A program made the translations under genes and the position numbers. Positions 26,013 to 40,438 of a DNA stretch of 64,000 nt are shown piece after piece (within the stretch, counting starts at the first letter, position 1; each line of letters starts with the position of its first letter). The notes beneath the pieces were generated by a model that worked only from the letters and a program-made list of their open reading frames with translations, was not told the origin of the DNA and did no database searches. This DNA is from the human T2T-CHM13v2.0 reference genome, Homo sapiens. The stretch lies in assembly GCF_009914755.1 (NCBI RefSeq), contig NC_060927.1; one strand, given 5' to 3'.

Positions 26013-29000
26013 AACCTTATTTGGGAAGAAAAGGAAAATCTTCCAGAAATGTGAGTGTAACATGATGAATGACCTTAGCTTGATGTAGTGGCTCTACATT
26101 TCTGAAACCCTTGCCCAACAGTGGCAGGAGGTGACTGGGGTACGTGAGGCTTTCAGTTGGCCAGGTGGGAACCATGCTCAGGCCCATCTGCTGTGCACTT
26201 GCTTTGTGACATGTGTGACACCAAGTGCATGACCTTGCTTTGTCCTCACAACAGCCCGAGAAGTCAGACGTAGAGTGGGCACACAACAAAGATCTGTCGA
26301 CCGAGTGAATGAGTGCTACCATCTGCATTTCAAAGATAGGAATCTGAGGCTCATGACTGATGTCAGCCCAGCTCCCATAGCCAATGTCACTGAGATACAT
26401 CAACCTACTACTGAAGCTAAAGTCCCACTTGGACTTCCCTTAGTCCAAGGAGGCCCAGAGCACAGAGCTGGGATTAGTCAGTTCTCCCAGCTGCCAGCCA
26501 CTGCCCCCAGCCCCAATCATTGTTGGTAGCTATATATGTAGTTTCTGTCTTGTCTTCCTTTGAGGCTCAAGTCATATATTGCTGCTTCTTCTGAGTCTTC
26601 TAAGCACCATACCTGTCTCTTGCCCTAACAGACCTGGCTGTTGCCCTGCTGATATCCTGGGATGTACTTGGTCAGTGACCCTAGAGTTGGGCATATTGCA
26701 TGCACTAAGCCTGTACTTGTCTGCTCAACCTTCCACCCTGGGCAGCTTTTGAGGGTAAGGGCTGTGTCTTGCTCTCTATATCCAGTAGGGGCTCAGTAAA
26801 CATTTGCAAAAGGAGTCTACCTGATAGATGTTAACCTTCAGTAGATATCTCTGAGCTGGTAGACCATCTGGTTGCCCTTGTCATGATGAATAACAAAGGC
26901 TTCTTAGGGTTCCTGCCCCCCACCATATATAACAGGAGGCTTCCCTCTTCTCTGTGACTGGTGGATGGTTCTAGCCTGAGTGGAAACAGCTGACACTGAG
27001 AGTATTCACCCTTCACTTACTGTGAAAAAGGGTTTGGTTGCAGGGTCATTAATCAAGCTGTCAGGTAGAACATGAAGGTCTTATTTATTATATAAGGAGG
27101 CACTTTATAAATAAATTGAGCTATGGTGATGAATAGATATTGGACACCAATTATGTTGCTGCTATTAATCAAGATACTCATATTTAGCAGTAACAACAAC
27201 CATGAGGGGTTGTAAAAGTAAATAAACTTCCCTAAGGATGAATTGTACCATTCAGTGATTAACCTCTCATTATGAACATTGGCTACTTACAAATTAGACT
27301 TGTAGAAAAGTTAGTAATAACCCTGCATTCAGACAATAGGTATGGGTAGGCATAACATAAGGAGACATTACGAATTATTTTTAAGTAATTCCAAATATAT
27401 TCTTGGGTTTAAAATGTATGTGCCTGTTAAAATCTGCCCTAACATAGACCTCCATTAGAAAATTTAAAGATTTTTTTTAAGAGGTCAGAGTTAATGTGAC
27501 TTGCTTCATTTTCACAGCTGACAGGGGCAGAGTCAGGATTTGAACCCATCATCTATACTTAAAAAATTTTTTGAGGTGCTTTCACGTAAATTATTTCATT
27601 TACTTTTTAAACAATTCTTGCGAGCTGGCCAGGTTGCACATGCTTCTTATTGAAGAAGTAATGGGTCACTGGTTGACATAGGCTTTGGAGTTGATTCCCT
27701 GTTTTGGCCCAGTTTTCTTGTGATAGGACCCCCTCATGGCATGATTATAAGGGAGAAATGAAACCGTGGGTGTCCTGGGAGAGCCTGACACATAATAAGC
27801 TGTCAGAACACATGAGCTGTTTTTAAAATTATATTTATAATGGTTTGAAGCAAATACCTCAATTTGGAAGCTGGTTTTGATACTTTTAATAATCTAGTGG
27901 GCTTGAAATGTCGATAAATACACCCTTCTGTAAATGTATTTACAGGCAACAATATTTATCAAAGTTAGGTTTTAGATTGCCCCAGAGCTGAAGTTATAAA
28001 ATAATTTTAATGCAAATACTTGTGTTTTCTATGCTAGGACTTATGAAAAATGACAGTGTTTTGGGTAAGCCACTTAGCAGTACAGCCTTGTCCAACACTC
28101 CCTGAGAACTCATCAGCATTCAGTAATCCTGTCAGAATGGAAAAATCTTTTTGCTTTAAATGAGATTTTGCTTGATTGGTATTTTTATTTTGGAAATCCA
28201 ATTTTAGCTTTTTGTCTCACTTGATAATGAGTTTTTTGATAAATATTGTCACCCTTTATTGTAAGCATAAAGAAGAGGTAACAAATGGCTTTCTGTAATG
28301 TGATACTGTAATAAATAAAATCAGATGCCAGGAGTCCGCTCGTCACTGGCATAAATAAATGCATTCCTTCCTATTGGGCAGATGGGAACAGGATGTTGAT
28401 TCTGAGTTGGTAAAACTTTGATTCCCATTCCTTTGAAAAATCCAACGAATGGCTTTATTTTCACATCTAATGTTTCTTCTGTAGTCTGAAACAAATGTTA
28501 CTACGTTATTTGATTTAGAGTGACTATGTTAGATAACTCTACCAGTTAATTTGGTTGGGTTTTACTTTGCTGTGGCTGAGTGCTCTGCACTTGCTGTGGT
28601 TGGTGGTTGGGAAAGTGGGCCCTGGGCGATCACTTCCTCTCTGTGGGTTTCCACTGGGATGGCAGAAACTGCTTATCATGCCACAGGCTGGAAAATAAAT
28701 CCTGGAAGCACCATATAGCTCAAGAGACAATTTGAAAATAACAATCAGAGTCATGAATAGAAGCCGATGCACAAATTCAGTTAACAAGCAGAGGAACTAA
28801 TCTATCAGACATTGGGTGGAAAGCCTATTTCTGAGTTTATTTCACAGCACATTATGACATTTCTTTAAATCACAACTTGTCCCCATGTAAAAGATATAAT
28901 CTACATATTCCTGTGGGAAATAATCAGAGACAAAGCTTTACTGTATTTGTCGTTTCTGAAGTTGACCTCATTCCCCCCCCAAAATATTTTTCATGTTGTG

Positions 29001-29487
29001 AAATGTAATTTGCTTGACCCCAACAAAATTGGAATAAAAACCATCACAATTACCGGTGGTTAAGAAAGTGGAATTGAGTTTGGGAGAATCGAGGCATAAA
29101 GAAAATTTTTTTTTTTTTTTTTTGCTATTCAGAAAATATATTGAAAGAAATGCAGAGAGACTTCAAAATTCCATAGTAGTTTGCACCTAATTCTGGTTGA
29201 TAGGGTTTTAGTGTTTGGAGTGGTAAGCAGCTGTGGGGTTTGTGGTGGCCTGCCCTCTTGCAGGCTGAGAGGGAACTGGGGCCTGTGAAGAAGAGGTGAC
29301 CTGTTTAGTGTCACATAGCTGATTGGTGGCAGGGTTAGATCTGCATCCTGGCCCATATACTTGGGTGCTTTTTGCCAACGCGCCTTTTTCCTTTCTAAAA
29401 CTTTTACTTTCAGGAAGCCCATAGATTAAAAAAAAAATCTGTGTATTGTGTTCTCTCAATTTCTAGGTTCACATTTGCCTGAGTTTA

Positions 29488-29810
<323 letters not shown>

Positions 29811-30217
29811 AAGAAGAGCCTTACTTCCTTTCATTTGAAGCAAAGTGGAATTACCTTGACCGTGGAATCAAAAAGCAGGAATCATCTGCTTTTTCCATGG
29901 CATGCATTCCGGTGCATTTGTGATGGTCTTTTTCAATGAGACACAGCTGTCCCAGGTCAAGCTTGAAGGCAGGGTAATTGTCATGAGCACAAGCACATGT
30001 TGTTTTCTATCTCTTTGAGTGCAGGAAATAAGTACTCTTACAGAGTTGGGAAAACAGAGTGATCAGAGATTCAGGCTGATTGGGGAAAGCTGGAGCCCTA
30101 GAGGTTCTGTCGGAACATTTGGCGCACACTTGACAAACCCTTCAGGCTGTGCGCTGCCTCTGGTCATTGCTGCAGCCCCAGACTACAGGTAGGCAATGTT
30201 TATATAATTGAGTGAAT

Positions 30218-30390
30218 AGTAGCCACTTCCTATGTGTGTTCACTTACTCTGTGCTAAGGCCTTAAGCCCTCCGCCATCCTCCCATCACCAATTTTAGAGG
30301 CATAGAAATGAAGTATTAGAGAGTCTGGGTCATTTGCCCAAGATCATGAGCTTAGAGTCCTGAGGTCTGGGTTTGAACCCAGGCTGTGCT
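30218..30390 (-). mobile_element. MIR
   Basis: caattttagagg..agagag..catttgcccaagatca..ctgggtttgaacccaggc. Confidence 0.7.
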
Positions 30391-31486
30391 TAGCATTGGC
30401 TATAGGAGAAAAGGACATTTGTCTCCCCAATCCCCAGAGCATACATAGGCCTTAGTGCAGCCCCTACCTCATCTTTCCCTTGCCTTCATGGCTGGCTGAC
30501 ATGTGAAATGGGCCATCCCATGGGGAAGTACTTTATGGTTTATGTGGGTTATTATCATACTCGATGGCATTGAATCCATTTGGGGACATGAGGTTCTTCA
30601 GTTCTTATCTCTTCTTGGTTTGCATTTCTTTGTTTTTTCTTTGATTCAGAGTAGTTAATGTGGGTGAAATGGAGGGAGGTTGCCTCTGGAACTGAAATTC
30701 TGGAGTTTTCTGGAGCAAACAATGGAATGTTGCAATGTTTATCTCTGTCAGCAACATTCTGAGGTGAGAGCCCCAACCATTTCTAGTATTAGCGAGGGTA
30801 ATGACTTCTTAGTGACCAGGGACGTAGGCTAGGTAGGGAAGCCCTTACGGGAGGATTCATTTGGCGTTGTGTGACTACCCCAAAGGTCTGAGCCAAAGGT
30901 CCTGTGCCTTAGAAGTGGGAGGGGTTTGTGTATGTTTCCTGTAAGTTCTGTTCATAAATGCTGAAATTCTTCCGTTGACAGGATAGTAATGAACCCATTG
31001 GTTAGAAGGTTGAAGTAATGGAAAAACCTGTTTCAATACCATAAGTTGTGATTGTTGTACTTTTCAGATTGCAGTTCTTCTAAATGGCTTATAGAAGTTT
31101 CCAAGCTCTGCTTTGCCCTGACACATAAGCTCTTTAGGGTACAAAAAGAAATACTTACATCAGAATTGAACTTTTTTTTTCTGGCAGAAGAGGAGCTTTT
31201 GGAACACAAAAAGATTTTGGAGCAAAGAATTTTGAGAAATTCTACTTTAATTTTTTCCCAAGTATTTGCACATTAAGGGCTCTTAGAAGTCCTTAAAAAG
31301 AAGCCTGCTTAATTTTACCCTGGCATCTCTCAAACTTATTTAAGATCCAAAATTTTAATTTGTCTGCAGCACACTTCTAGAATGGGGCTTTAGATTTTTA
31401 GAGGTCAGTAACATGACATCTAAAGGTTAAATTATGTTTATTCACGAACATATTATTCTATAGATTCAACACTAAATCCTGTAGAC

Positions 31487-31699
31487 CAAAGGATCAACAC
31501 ATTTTTTCTTTAAAGGGCCAGGTAGTAAATATTTTGGGCTCTCTAGGTCTCTGTTACAAATACTCGACTCTGCTGTTGTTGTGTGAAAGCAGCCATAGAC
31601 AATATTAAATGATGGACATGACTGTGTTCTAATAAAACTTTATTTACAAAAACAAGCAGCAGTTGGATTAGGCTTGCAGGTCATAGTTTGCCAATCCTG
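31487..31699 (-). mobile_element. MER58A
   Basis: taaagggccaggtagtaaatatttt..aaagcagccatagacaata..aataaaactttatttacaaaaaca..catagtttgcca. Confidence 0.9.
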
Positions 31700-31799
31700 T
31701 GTTAGATCTGATGACCTGGTCTGCTGATCACACTGCTGCACATTCCCTGCTGTTCCTCTGGAGGTAATGCATACCTCCTCCTTTGATTCAATAACCCCT

Positions 31800-32096
31800 A
31801 CTCAGCCTCCCTAACTTGCCTTAAGCATCTCTCCCTCAGAGGTTTTCTTGCATTCCAGGACAGCATGTGGTTTGCTCTCCCATCCTCCCCCAGATCTCTA
31901 TTGTATCCTCTGTTCCAGCCCTAAGCAACTGTGCTGCCATCACTCCTTTCTTTACCAGTCCTGGCACCAACTTTGAGCTCTTGGAGGGCAGAGACCTTAT
32001 TACTAGTCTGTATCTCCAGCCCTGAGGATGGGAATGAGGGTGAGGATGGTGTACCCAGCAAGTTGCAGACACTCACTGTGAGCTTGGTGAATGAAT
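31800..32096 (+). mobile_element. L2 3' end
   Basis: tgagctcttggagggcagagacc..tgtatctccagc..gtgaatgaat. Confidence 0.6.
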
Positions 32097-33504
32097 ATGA
32101 TGTTGCAATAACTTGATACAGTGTTGTGTTGTGTTTTGCTTGGATGAAATTTTAGAGTTAATAGTAAGTATAGCAGGAGGAAGTGTTCTTTTCAAATAGT
32201 AATTTTAAGTATCCCCAAAGACACAGATCGGTTGGGTGAATCTAGGGGTGAATTCCACATCCTCCCAAGATATATGCATCTTGGGTGAAGAAAGAAAGAA
32301 ATGAGGCTAGTGTGCACTGTGGTAAATTATGCATGTAAAACAGAAAAGCTGGGTGAAAATGATAATTTAGGGGGCATTGGGGAAGTATTTGAAAGATCTG
32401 AAGGTGTATTTTTCTCCTTCTTTCTTTACTTTTTAGAGATTAAGTGATATAGACCTTTTTCTCTTTTCACCCAGGCCTTTACAATATTTTTTCTGGTAAT
32501 TTCTCTTCATACTACATGACTGCTCTAATTACATCTCTAGTTTTAAGATAATAGAACTGCATTTTTTAATGTGCTCTCTGCTGTATCTGGATTTATGATA
32601 TCTCTCCTTCCTTATGTCTTCTGAAAAAAAAAATTAACTGAGTTAATATTAAAATAAAGTGGGTGAATTAAACGGGAATGAGACCTTAAAATCTGAGATC
32701 CAACCCAAAATGCTCACCAACGGCAGGCCTCTCCATCTCTGAAGCCAGGACAGCGTTGCTCCTGCCTTCCTCCATAATGGGAAGCCCTGCCAAGCTCCAG
32801 GTGTGGCCATGACCCTGAGTTGGCCTAGTGAGGAGGGAAAGGAAAGGCTGGCCTGATGTTCCCAGAGGTCTGAATGCCATTCATCTACAAGAGACACTGT
32901 GACCACTTTTTCTGAGTCTGCTGCTGGGAATCAGATAATCTCTCAGCATTTTGGGCTCCTGCTGCTGCTGTCCCTGGGAGTGCTGTAGGACGCGGTGACT
33001 TTCAGAGTCTTGCAGGGAGAGCAGGTCCTGTGTTGATGCCATTGCTGATGAACGGGGTGACCTTGGAAGAGTCACTTGACATCTTGGCCTTCAGCCTCCA
33101 GATGACTGTATCTGTGTCTGGAGGGATTGATAGGCCTCCTGGGCTGTCTTAGATGTTAGCAAATAAAACTTAATATACTCGGTTGAATACCACCAAGTCT
33201 GTCTCTTGCTTTGATCTCATAGCAACTGGGTAGACAGAAACTACAGAGATTTTAAAGGCTTGACAATTGAAATAATTGAACACCGCACTTGTGTTCTTAA
33301 TTTTGTTAAAATACAGGCCCTTTCTTCAAGGAGAGCACATCTGAATAAAGGAAGTAGACACACAAACCCAGAACTGCAGGGCTGGAGGGTAACGGGATCT
33401 ATGAAGCACTGTGGGGTGTGGAGGAAGGCATCGCTAGTTGTCTGTCTGGAATGGGGACTGGCAGTCAGGAAGGGCTTCCCGGGTGAGCTCATGATTGACT
33501 AGGG

Positions 33505-33835
33505 CAGCAGTCCCCAACCTTTATGGCACCAGGGACCAGTGTTGTGGAAGACAAATTTTCCATGGATAGAAGGGGTACAGGGATGGTTTCAGGATGAAAC
33601 TGTTCCGTCTCAGATCATCAGGCATTAGTTAGATTCTCATAAGGAGCGTGCAACCTGAATCCCTCGCATGCACAGTTCACAATAGGGCTCATGCTGCTAT
33701 GAGAATCTAATGCCACCGCTGCCACTGATCTGACAGAGGTGGAGCTCAGGTGGTAATGCTCACTTGCCCCTGCTCTGTGGCCGGGTTCCTAACAGGCCAC
33801 AGACCAGTACCGTGGTCCGTGGTCCGGGGGTTGGG
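33505..33835 (+). mobile_element. MER1B hAT-Charlie MITE, 3' TIR clipped, inside an L2 remnant
   Basis: cagcagtccccaacctttatggcaccagggacc..ctcagatcatcaggcattag..gattctcataaggagcg..ggggttggg. Confidence 0.92.
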
Positions 33836-34118
33836 TGTTTAAGGATGACCCGATGTTTATCATACAGGGAGGGAGGGTGCCAGGCACTCTTATCAAAGAG
33901 AGTCGAACTCCAAAATAACTGTCAGGTCCACAGACAGAGCATCAGGGGATCAACATGGGTATGTGCTCCCCCAACCAGCTGCTCAGAACACTCTAATCTA
34001 GCTGTGGAACATATGTACACAGAACTCATTGTATAGACTGTTAAGCGTAGGTCATGGTTGTGCTTTTTCCATCTTTTCTATTGCAACTCACTGTTATCAA
34101 TTTAGAAAGGGAGAACTT

Positions 34119-34155
34119 AAAAACAAACAAACAAACAAACAAACAAACAAAAAAA
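34119..34155. repeat. (AAAC)n microsatellite
   Basis: Read directly. Confidence 0.95.
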
Positions 34156-35820
34156 CCAGTAGCAGGAGAGGCTGTGCAGGAATTACCCTGTAGGGATAGC
34201 ACAGCTGAGGAGAGCTGTAATGATTCAGCACCAAGGACAGCGACATGCAACCTGTCCAGCTTCAGGACCTGTAAATCCTTCCTTGGTGGTTCATGGGTGC
34301 TGAATGTTGTAAGAATAGCGTTCTCGGCAGAGTCTGTGTTCATGATGTCCTCAGGACTGCACCCATGCCATGCTTGACCAGCCTAGGCTACGACACCTCT
34401 TGACTGGTGGCCAGGTGCCTCAGAGTCCATGTATTCCTGTGATAGACCACTTGGAGTTGGAATCCAACCATAGGGTTGCTCCTGCTGTTGGAGCAAATGG
34501 GAGGCCATGTTTGCTGGGTTTCCTGCCAGAGAATTGCTTCACGGCTGTAGTTTACTGTCGGCTCCTTCATATAGAAGAGATTTTCATGAGTTTTTCAGGT
34601 CAAAGATAATGAACACAGGGCCCCTTCTCTAATAGATCCACAAACCCCAAACTTCCAAAATGGATATATATTTATTTTGCTTATCATTAGAATGGCATTA
34701 GTGGTGATATTAGCTGCCAAATTCTGTGGAATATAGAGCGTCACTCATTTAGTACTTGGCAGACCCCTCTGATACCATTTGTGGTGTTTGTCCCCAGCAA
34801 CTCAGGATAATGGATTTGGCCTTTGACTGACTTTGACAAGTTGATGGAATTTTCCCCACCTCACTCCTGCAATACATCCAGCCTGAGTCAAAAGTGAAGC
34901 CATGGCATCTAAGCCTCAGGCACAACTCTGCATATTTTATTACAAGCATGAGCTAAAGTAACCCCTGCTTGAGGGAAATGAGGGCTGAAATTTATTGAAG
35001 CAATTCTTGGACTTCGTGGTTATAAATCCCAATCTTTTCATTTCTACTTGGCCAGGGTATTGACCAGCAAGCTTTTATGTAAGAACTTAGTTCCTAGCGG
35101 GACCCAGTGTGGGGAGTCATATTTGCTTGGATAGTCATAGCTGAAAGGATTAAGAAGAGGCTTCCCATGAGACCAGCTCACTGATACTGTGTGTGGCATC
35201 TCTGACTGTGAAAGGGCTTGGGTGTTCCATCCATTAATTAAGGTGCATAACTCTCCTCCATGGTAGATAGTCTTACCTTAAGACCATTTAGGGACAGGGC
35301 CAAAGTCGAGCACAAAGGCAGAAAGTGGTCCTGTGGCTCTCCAGACAAGTTTATTCCTTGCTATCCCATCCTTCCCTGTCCTTTGAGATCTAGAGCCCAG
35401 GAGGTAGGACGGCAGGGTCATCACCATGTGGTGCTAGTTGAATATGCTGTGTGAGGTGGAACAGACTGGCAAGCTGGGCTTCTCGGGACGTAGGATTGGC
35501 AAATTGCTGGGATGAGGGGTGCTTCTTGCCTAGCTTCAGGAGGAAGTTGTCTGGAGTTCTGACAGTTTGGAGAGGTCTGCTGGGAGTTCCTTCCCACTGG
35601 ATTGGGCACCATTCACCAGAGGCCTGATCTCAGCAGTCAGATCCCACACACAGGCCTATCTTCCCCATCAGCTACAATTCAAACGTGTTGTGCCTTCACC
35701 TTAGATTGTTTACAAAAGGAGTTGCTTTCTTATGTCATTAAAGTTAATGAGTACACATAATTTTCTACTTTTTAAACTTTAAGCATCACCACCCATTCTC
35801 ATAAATGCTGTTTGCCCAGT

Positions 35821-36153
35821 TGTCTTAGTCTATTTGGGCTGCTGTAACAAAATGCCACAGACTGAGTAGCTTATAAACAACAGAAATTTATTTGTCCCAG
35901 TTCTGAAAGTCCGAGATCAAGGGAGGGCCTGTTTCCTAGTTCATTGATGGAGCTTTCTAGTTGTGTCCTCACTGTGGAAGGAATGAGCTAGCTCTTCAGG
36001 GCCTCTTTTATAAGGGCACTGATTTTATTCCTATGGGTGGAGCCCTCATGATCTAATCATCCTCCAAAGGCCCTGCTTCCTAATACCATCACTTTGGGAG
36101 TAAGGAATTTGACATGAATTTCGGGGGCACACACACATTTAGGCCATGCTACA
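35821..36153 (-). mobile_element. MLT1A0 solo LTR
   Basis: tgtcttagtctatttgggctgctgtaacaaaatgccacagactg ... ttttataagggcact ... ggccatgctaca. Confidence 0.88.
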
Positions 36154-36674
36154 GTATTCCTTACTGGAAGCAGGGTTATTAGAAAGTGTCAATGGCAGGT
36201 GAGGTGAGGTACCCAGAAAGGGTGAATGTTTCTTAAATCTGCTTTCCTCTGTAGAAGGGAGAGAGAATGGAAGAACACAAGTTTAGGACCTACTGATGGT
36301 GGCTAAAAGGTTGTGCTCTAGGTGAGTGGTGTCTCACCCTGCCACCAGCACACACACCACTTTCCACCTTCCCCAAATTGAGAGTTTTAAAACCTTACAT
36401 CATTGTACGTTTGATTTTTAGCCCCAGCTGAAATCTCTAAGCATGTCACTATCAGAGTTTCTGTCTATAGAGACCTTTGGACATGAATCTTAAATACTCC
36501 TGCTGTTGTGCCTTCCCATCTCTTTCACTTTGATGCCATTGGCAGTGAGCCATTTTGCTTCCAGAGAAAGTAAATCTCTTTTTTTCAATCTCTCCTTATA
36601 AGATTATAAGTAAAATACTCCAGATACATTTTACAAACATTAGTTGCAACTGCAGAAGTGTCGAGATCCACTAG

Positions 36675-36917
36675 ACAGAACACAGGGTGTTGGGGTCTGT
36701 AGAGCTGAATTCTAATTCTGACTCTGCTCCCTAGTGGCCATGTGATCTTGGATAAAAGACTTAACCTCGATGGGCCTCTGTTTTCTCATCTGTAAAATGG
36801 GGCTATCTGTCTGGAAACAAAAAAAGGACCCCCGCCCCAGAACTGTCATAAAGATGAAGTGGGATAATACCAGAACCTGCCATCATATATGGTGTTGAAT
36901 TGCTACTTGATCAATGT
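36675..36917 (+). mobile_element. MIR
   Basis: tgtgatcttgga..acttaacctc..gcctctgttttctcatctgtaaaatgggg. Confidence 0.8.
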
Positions 36918-37276
36918 AGGTGGAAGCAAAAAAAAAAAAAAAAAGTGCCTTTCTTGAGTTGGATTTGTTTTAATCAGTCACGATAAACCCACTCAAAGAA
37001 AGTTTTGAAGAACTCGTATGAGGCCAAAACACATTCCTGCTCCGGGGAAATGGAGGTTAACCCTGAAGCTTAGATGCAGCAGCCTTTTCTATTCACTAAA
37101 AGAGAAGCAGAAGTGGAGTGGTCTCAACAAGCAGGGACAGTGTTCTGGGACAAACATGTAATCTTCAGTGGTTTTTTGTGATGGCAGATCACATCAGATT
37201 AATGATTTTAAAATGAGTATTTTTCTGCCTTCTGGCCATATTTAATGTTCTAATGCCTTTTCTTTTAAAACATCAA

Positions 37277-37312
<36 letters not shown>
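37277..37312. repeat. (CAT)12 trinucleotide microsatellite
   Basis: 12 perfect units. Confidence 0.97.
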
Positions 37313-37574
37313 ATCTAATTTAGTGTTTTCAGTTTCATACGCATGCTGAGCAGTCCAAACCCTTAAATGGATTTGTAATCTAGTACCCAGGGAGTGCCTT
37401 GGAATGCCATGGGCTGTTTTTTGTCTGTGTTTTCAAGTTGAACCGACCGAGTACAAGGAAATCGGTGATACAGTCTCTTCTCATGCTTGTGCCTGGTGCT
37501 GGGAGTGGCAAATTCAGCCTCCCTCATGGACAGGTTGGCTTTGAAGAGCTGAGCTTGGTGTTAGGCAGGGCTGG

Positions 37575-37765
37575 GTTTGGGTGTCAGGGCCATGCAATTG
37601 GGGCAAGTTCTGTAACTTCTTCTGGCCTCTCTTTTCTGATGTTTGGGAATAATGATAGATAAGGAGCCCTACCTGCGCAGGGCTGCCGTGAAGAGAGAAT
37701 GTACACAGAGCCCAGATCCGGTAGTCAATGAAGGGCCCCAAAAGCGTTAGCTGTTGCTGTTGTTG
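37575..37765 (+). mobile_element. MIR
   Basis: gggcaagtt..aacttctctggcctc..gggaataatga..cctacct..cagggctg..gttagctgttg. Confidence 0.6.
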
Positions 37766-38547
37766 ATTATATTGCATAACAACACCAAATCCACTGTGTC
37801 TCCCCTGAACCGGGAAGTGGGGGGATTCTGAGGATGCATTGGCATTGAGGCGGTTTGTTTGGAGGAGGTTTGGGTTTATTTGGGACCTGCCAGCTGCCTT
37901 CTAGCACATTCATGGTCTCCCTGCAAGTTTTCTTTAGAATGTCTTGTGCCATCAATAATGAGGAAACCTGGGATGCAGTGCTTTTTTTTTTTTTTTCTTT
38001 TTAATTCCCTGTCAGTCAGCAGTGCCAAGTGAATCAAGAGTGGGTGGTCCTTCATCCTCCCACTTCCAGAAAGTTCTTTTAATGACTGCTTGGGGGTGGA
38101 GGAGAAGACTTTTATTTTTAACACAAGTGATGTGTTTTGACAAGAATATATCACTGTGGAGAGTTTATGCTAAAGGGGAAGTGCTTGCAGTTACAAACGG
38201 AGCTTGCCTTTCCTTCTGCAAACAGGGCATTGATATTGAGTTTCACCATGCAACATGCAGGTGACAACACATAATTGAGACAGGAGTGGTGTGACATGCA
38301 CAGTATTCTTTGGTGTAAATGTGAAAACCATAGCAGTAGCCAAACAGACCCTTGGGTTATTGAAAACCCAGACACCTAAGGGGGAAGATAGTTGTCCACA
38401 GAGAGTACATGCTGTAGAGCATTGGAGCTTCAGGGTCTTGGGCAGATGACTCTTCTCTGAGTCTGTTTTTTTCTCCTGTAAAGCAGGGAATGAGCACGAG
38501 AGCCATGAAGTGGTCTCAGCTCCCTACATGCTTTTCCCATATGTGAG

Positions 38548-38573
38548 GTGTGTGTGTGTGTGTGTGTGTGTGT
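38548..38573. repeat. (GT)13 microsatellite
   Basis: Read directly. Confidence 0.95.
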
Positions 38574-38894
38574 TTGTGTATTCACGCCATGCTGCTGTAG
38601 ATTATTCTCTGGGGACAATCAGTGCTGCCCTCCAGGTATCTCAGCCCAGCAAATGAACCAGGGGTTACTAATGGCACTGCAGCTGGTGCAAGGGAAAGTG
38701 ACTTCAAATGGAGCAGGTATTATGGAGCTAGCAGAGCTGCTCATTCCTCAGGGAGAATCAGATCATGTAGGAGACCCATGACGGGGAGGAAGAATTTAAG
38801 AATTACGACAGCAGTGAAATAATGTTAACCGCAGCCCAGCACAGGCTATCCTTCAAATGTCTTTTCCCCCATACCTGGGATGAGGAGGCTATTC

Positions 38895-39090
38895 ATGATT
38901 ATAGTTTTTCAGCATGTAACCTTGGCCAGGCGCTCTGCTAAATGATTCACATTTAATCCTCACAAGAACCCTTGGAGAAGGGAACTTTTGTTATCGAACC
39001 CCTTTTACAGGTGAAGGCATGAAGCTCTCATGGTGAAGTGATACTTCCCAGTTATGTGGTGAGTTGGAACCTGGTTTCAGCCCAGGTGGT
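38895..39090 (-). mobile_element. MIR
   Basis: gccaggcgctctgctaaatg..catttaatcctcacaagaaccct..ttttacaggtga. Confidence 0.75.
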
Positions 39091-39334
39091 GGGACTTTAT
39101 GTCCCTATTCCTTAGAGTCCATGGCTATGGCTGTGGGATGATTGAGGCTGCTCCAGGTGACCCAGCAGCAGAGTCATGCTGTGACCAATTACTCAGTAAA
39201 CAAAAGCAGGCAGAGGGCTTTTTGCTCATTTTCTTGCAAATTGCATGTTGTAGCCAGTTCTTTTTCCAGGGTTCAGTCTTTTTGGAATTAGCTAGAGCTT
39301 CTCCTCTGTCTCTGACAGTGGCATTGGATACTAT

Positions 39335-39560
39335 CATAATAGTAAACATTTGAATTCTAATTACCAGGTGCTTGCTAAAATATTTTCAAACATTATCTCA
39401 TTTAATCTTCATAACTGCCCCATTAAGCAGGCACTATGATTATTTCTAGTTTCTAGATGAGGAAAAAAGGAGTCACTTTCCTGAGGTCTTGGGACCAGTG
39501 GGTGGCTATCTAACCTGGGCAGCCTATCCCTAGAGCTCTCACTGAGGACCACTAGGCTGT
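39335..39560 (-). mobile_element. MIR
   Basis: cattatctcatttaatcttcataac..tagatgaggaaa. Confidence 0.75.
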
Positions 39561-39639
39561 GCCAGTCTCAGGAGGGACCCCCAGCCTGGATGAGTTTGTT
39601 GCAGGAAGAATATTCTCCTTCGAGGCTGAATTACAATGT

Positions 39640-39847
39640 GTTGTTGTTGAGAGTGTCAGCTCCATGGCCTGAGAGACCTAGGTTCTAATTCATTTCCTTC
39701 ACTTATGGACCATGTGGCAGTGGGCAAGTCATTGCTTCTCTGTGCCTCAATTTTCTCACCTGCAAAATGGGAAGAACACTATCTGCCTCACTGGGATGTT
39801 GAGAGCTCAGGGTCTGGCCCATAGTTGGTTCTCAAACATGGAAGCTG
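39640..39847 (+). mobile_element. MIR
   Basis: tgggcaagtcatt..cttctctgtgcctcaattttctcacctgcaaaatggg. Confidence 0.8.
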
Positions 39848-40246
39848 TCAGAAAAACAAATGTTGCATGTTCTCAGTCATATGTGGAAGCTAAAAACAAA
39901 TTGACCTCGTGGAGATAGAGAGTAGAATGGTAGATACGAGGGGGCGGGAAGGGTGTGTGAGTGGTGGTGGGGGATAAAGAGAGGTTGGTTAATGGGTACA
40001 AACATACAATTAAAAGGAATATGTTCTAATGTTAGGAGAGTAGGGTGACTATAGTTAGCAACAATGTGTTGTATATTTCAGAATAGCTAGAAGATAGGGC
40101 TTGAAATGTTCCCAACACATAGAAATAATAAATATGCAAGATGATGGATACCCCTGATAGCCTGACTTGATCCTTACACATTCTATGCATGGAACAAAAT
40201 GTTACCTTTATCCCATAAAATGTGTAAATATGACGTGTCGATTAAA
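39848..40246 (+). mobile_element. L1MA (MA5-MA8-like) 3' UTR, 5'-truncated
   Basis: gcatgttctca.tcatatgtggaagctaaaa; gagaggttggttaatgggtacaaacataca; gggtgactatagtta. Confidence 0.88.
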
Positions 40247-40438
40247 AGTAGTTAAAAAAAGTCATAATTGAGAAGCAGGGACATGATGATGGGACCATTT
40301 CATAATGGCCAAAGTCAGAAACCAGCCCCAGTTCTCCCTCTTTCCTGTCTCCCACCTCCTTGTCTTTCCAAAATTCTCTCTGGAATCTTCCTCCTGGCTG
40401 TTCCTTCCTCTTGTCTTGATTACCATGTGGATGGGGCC

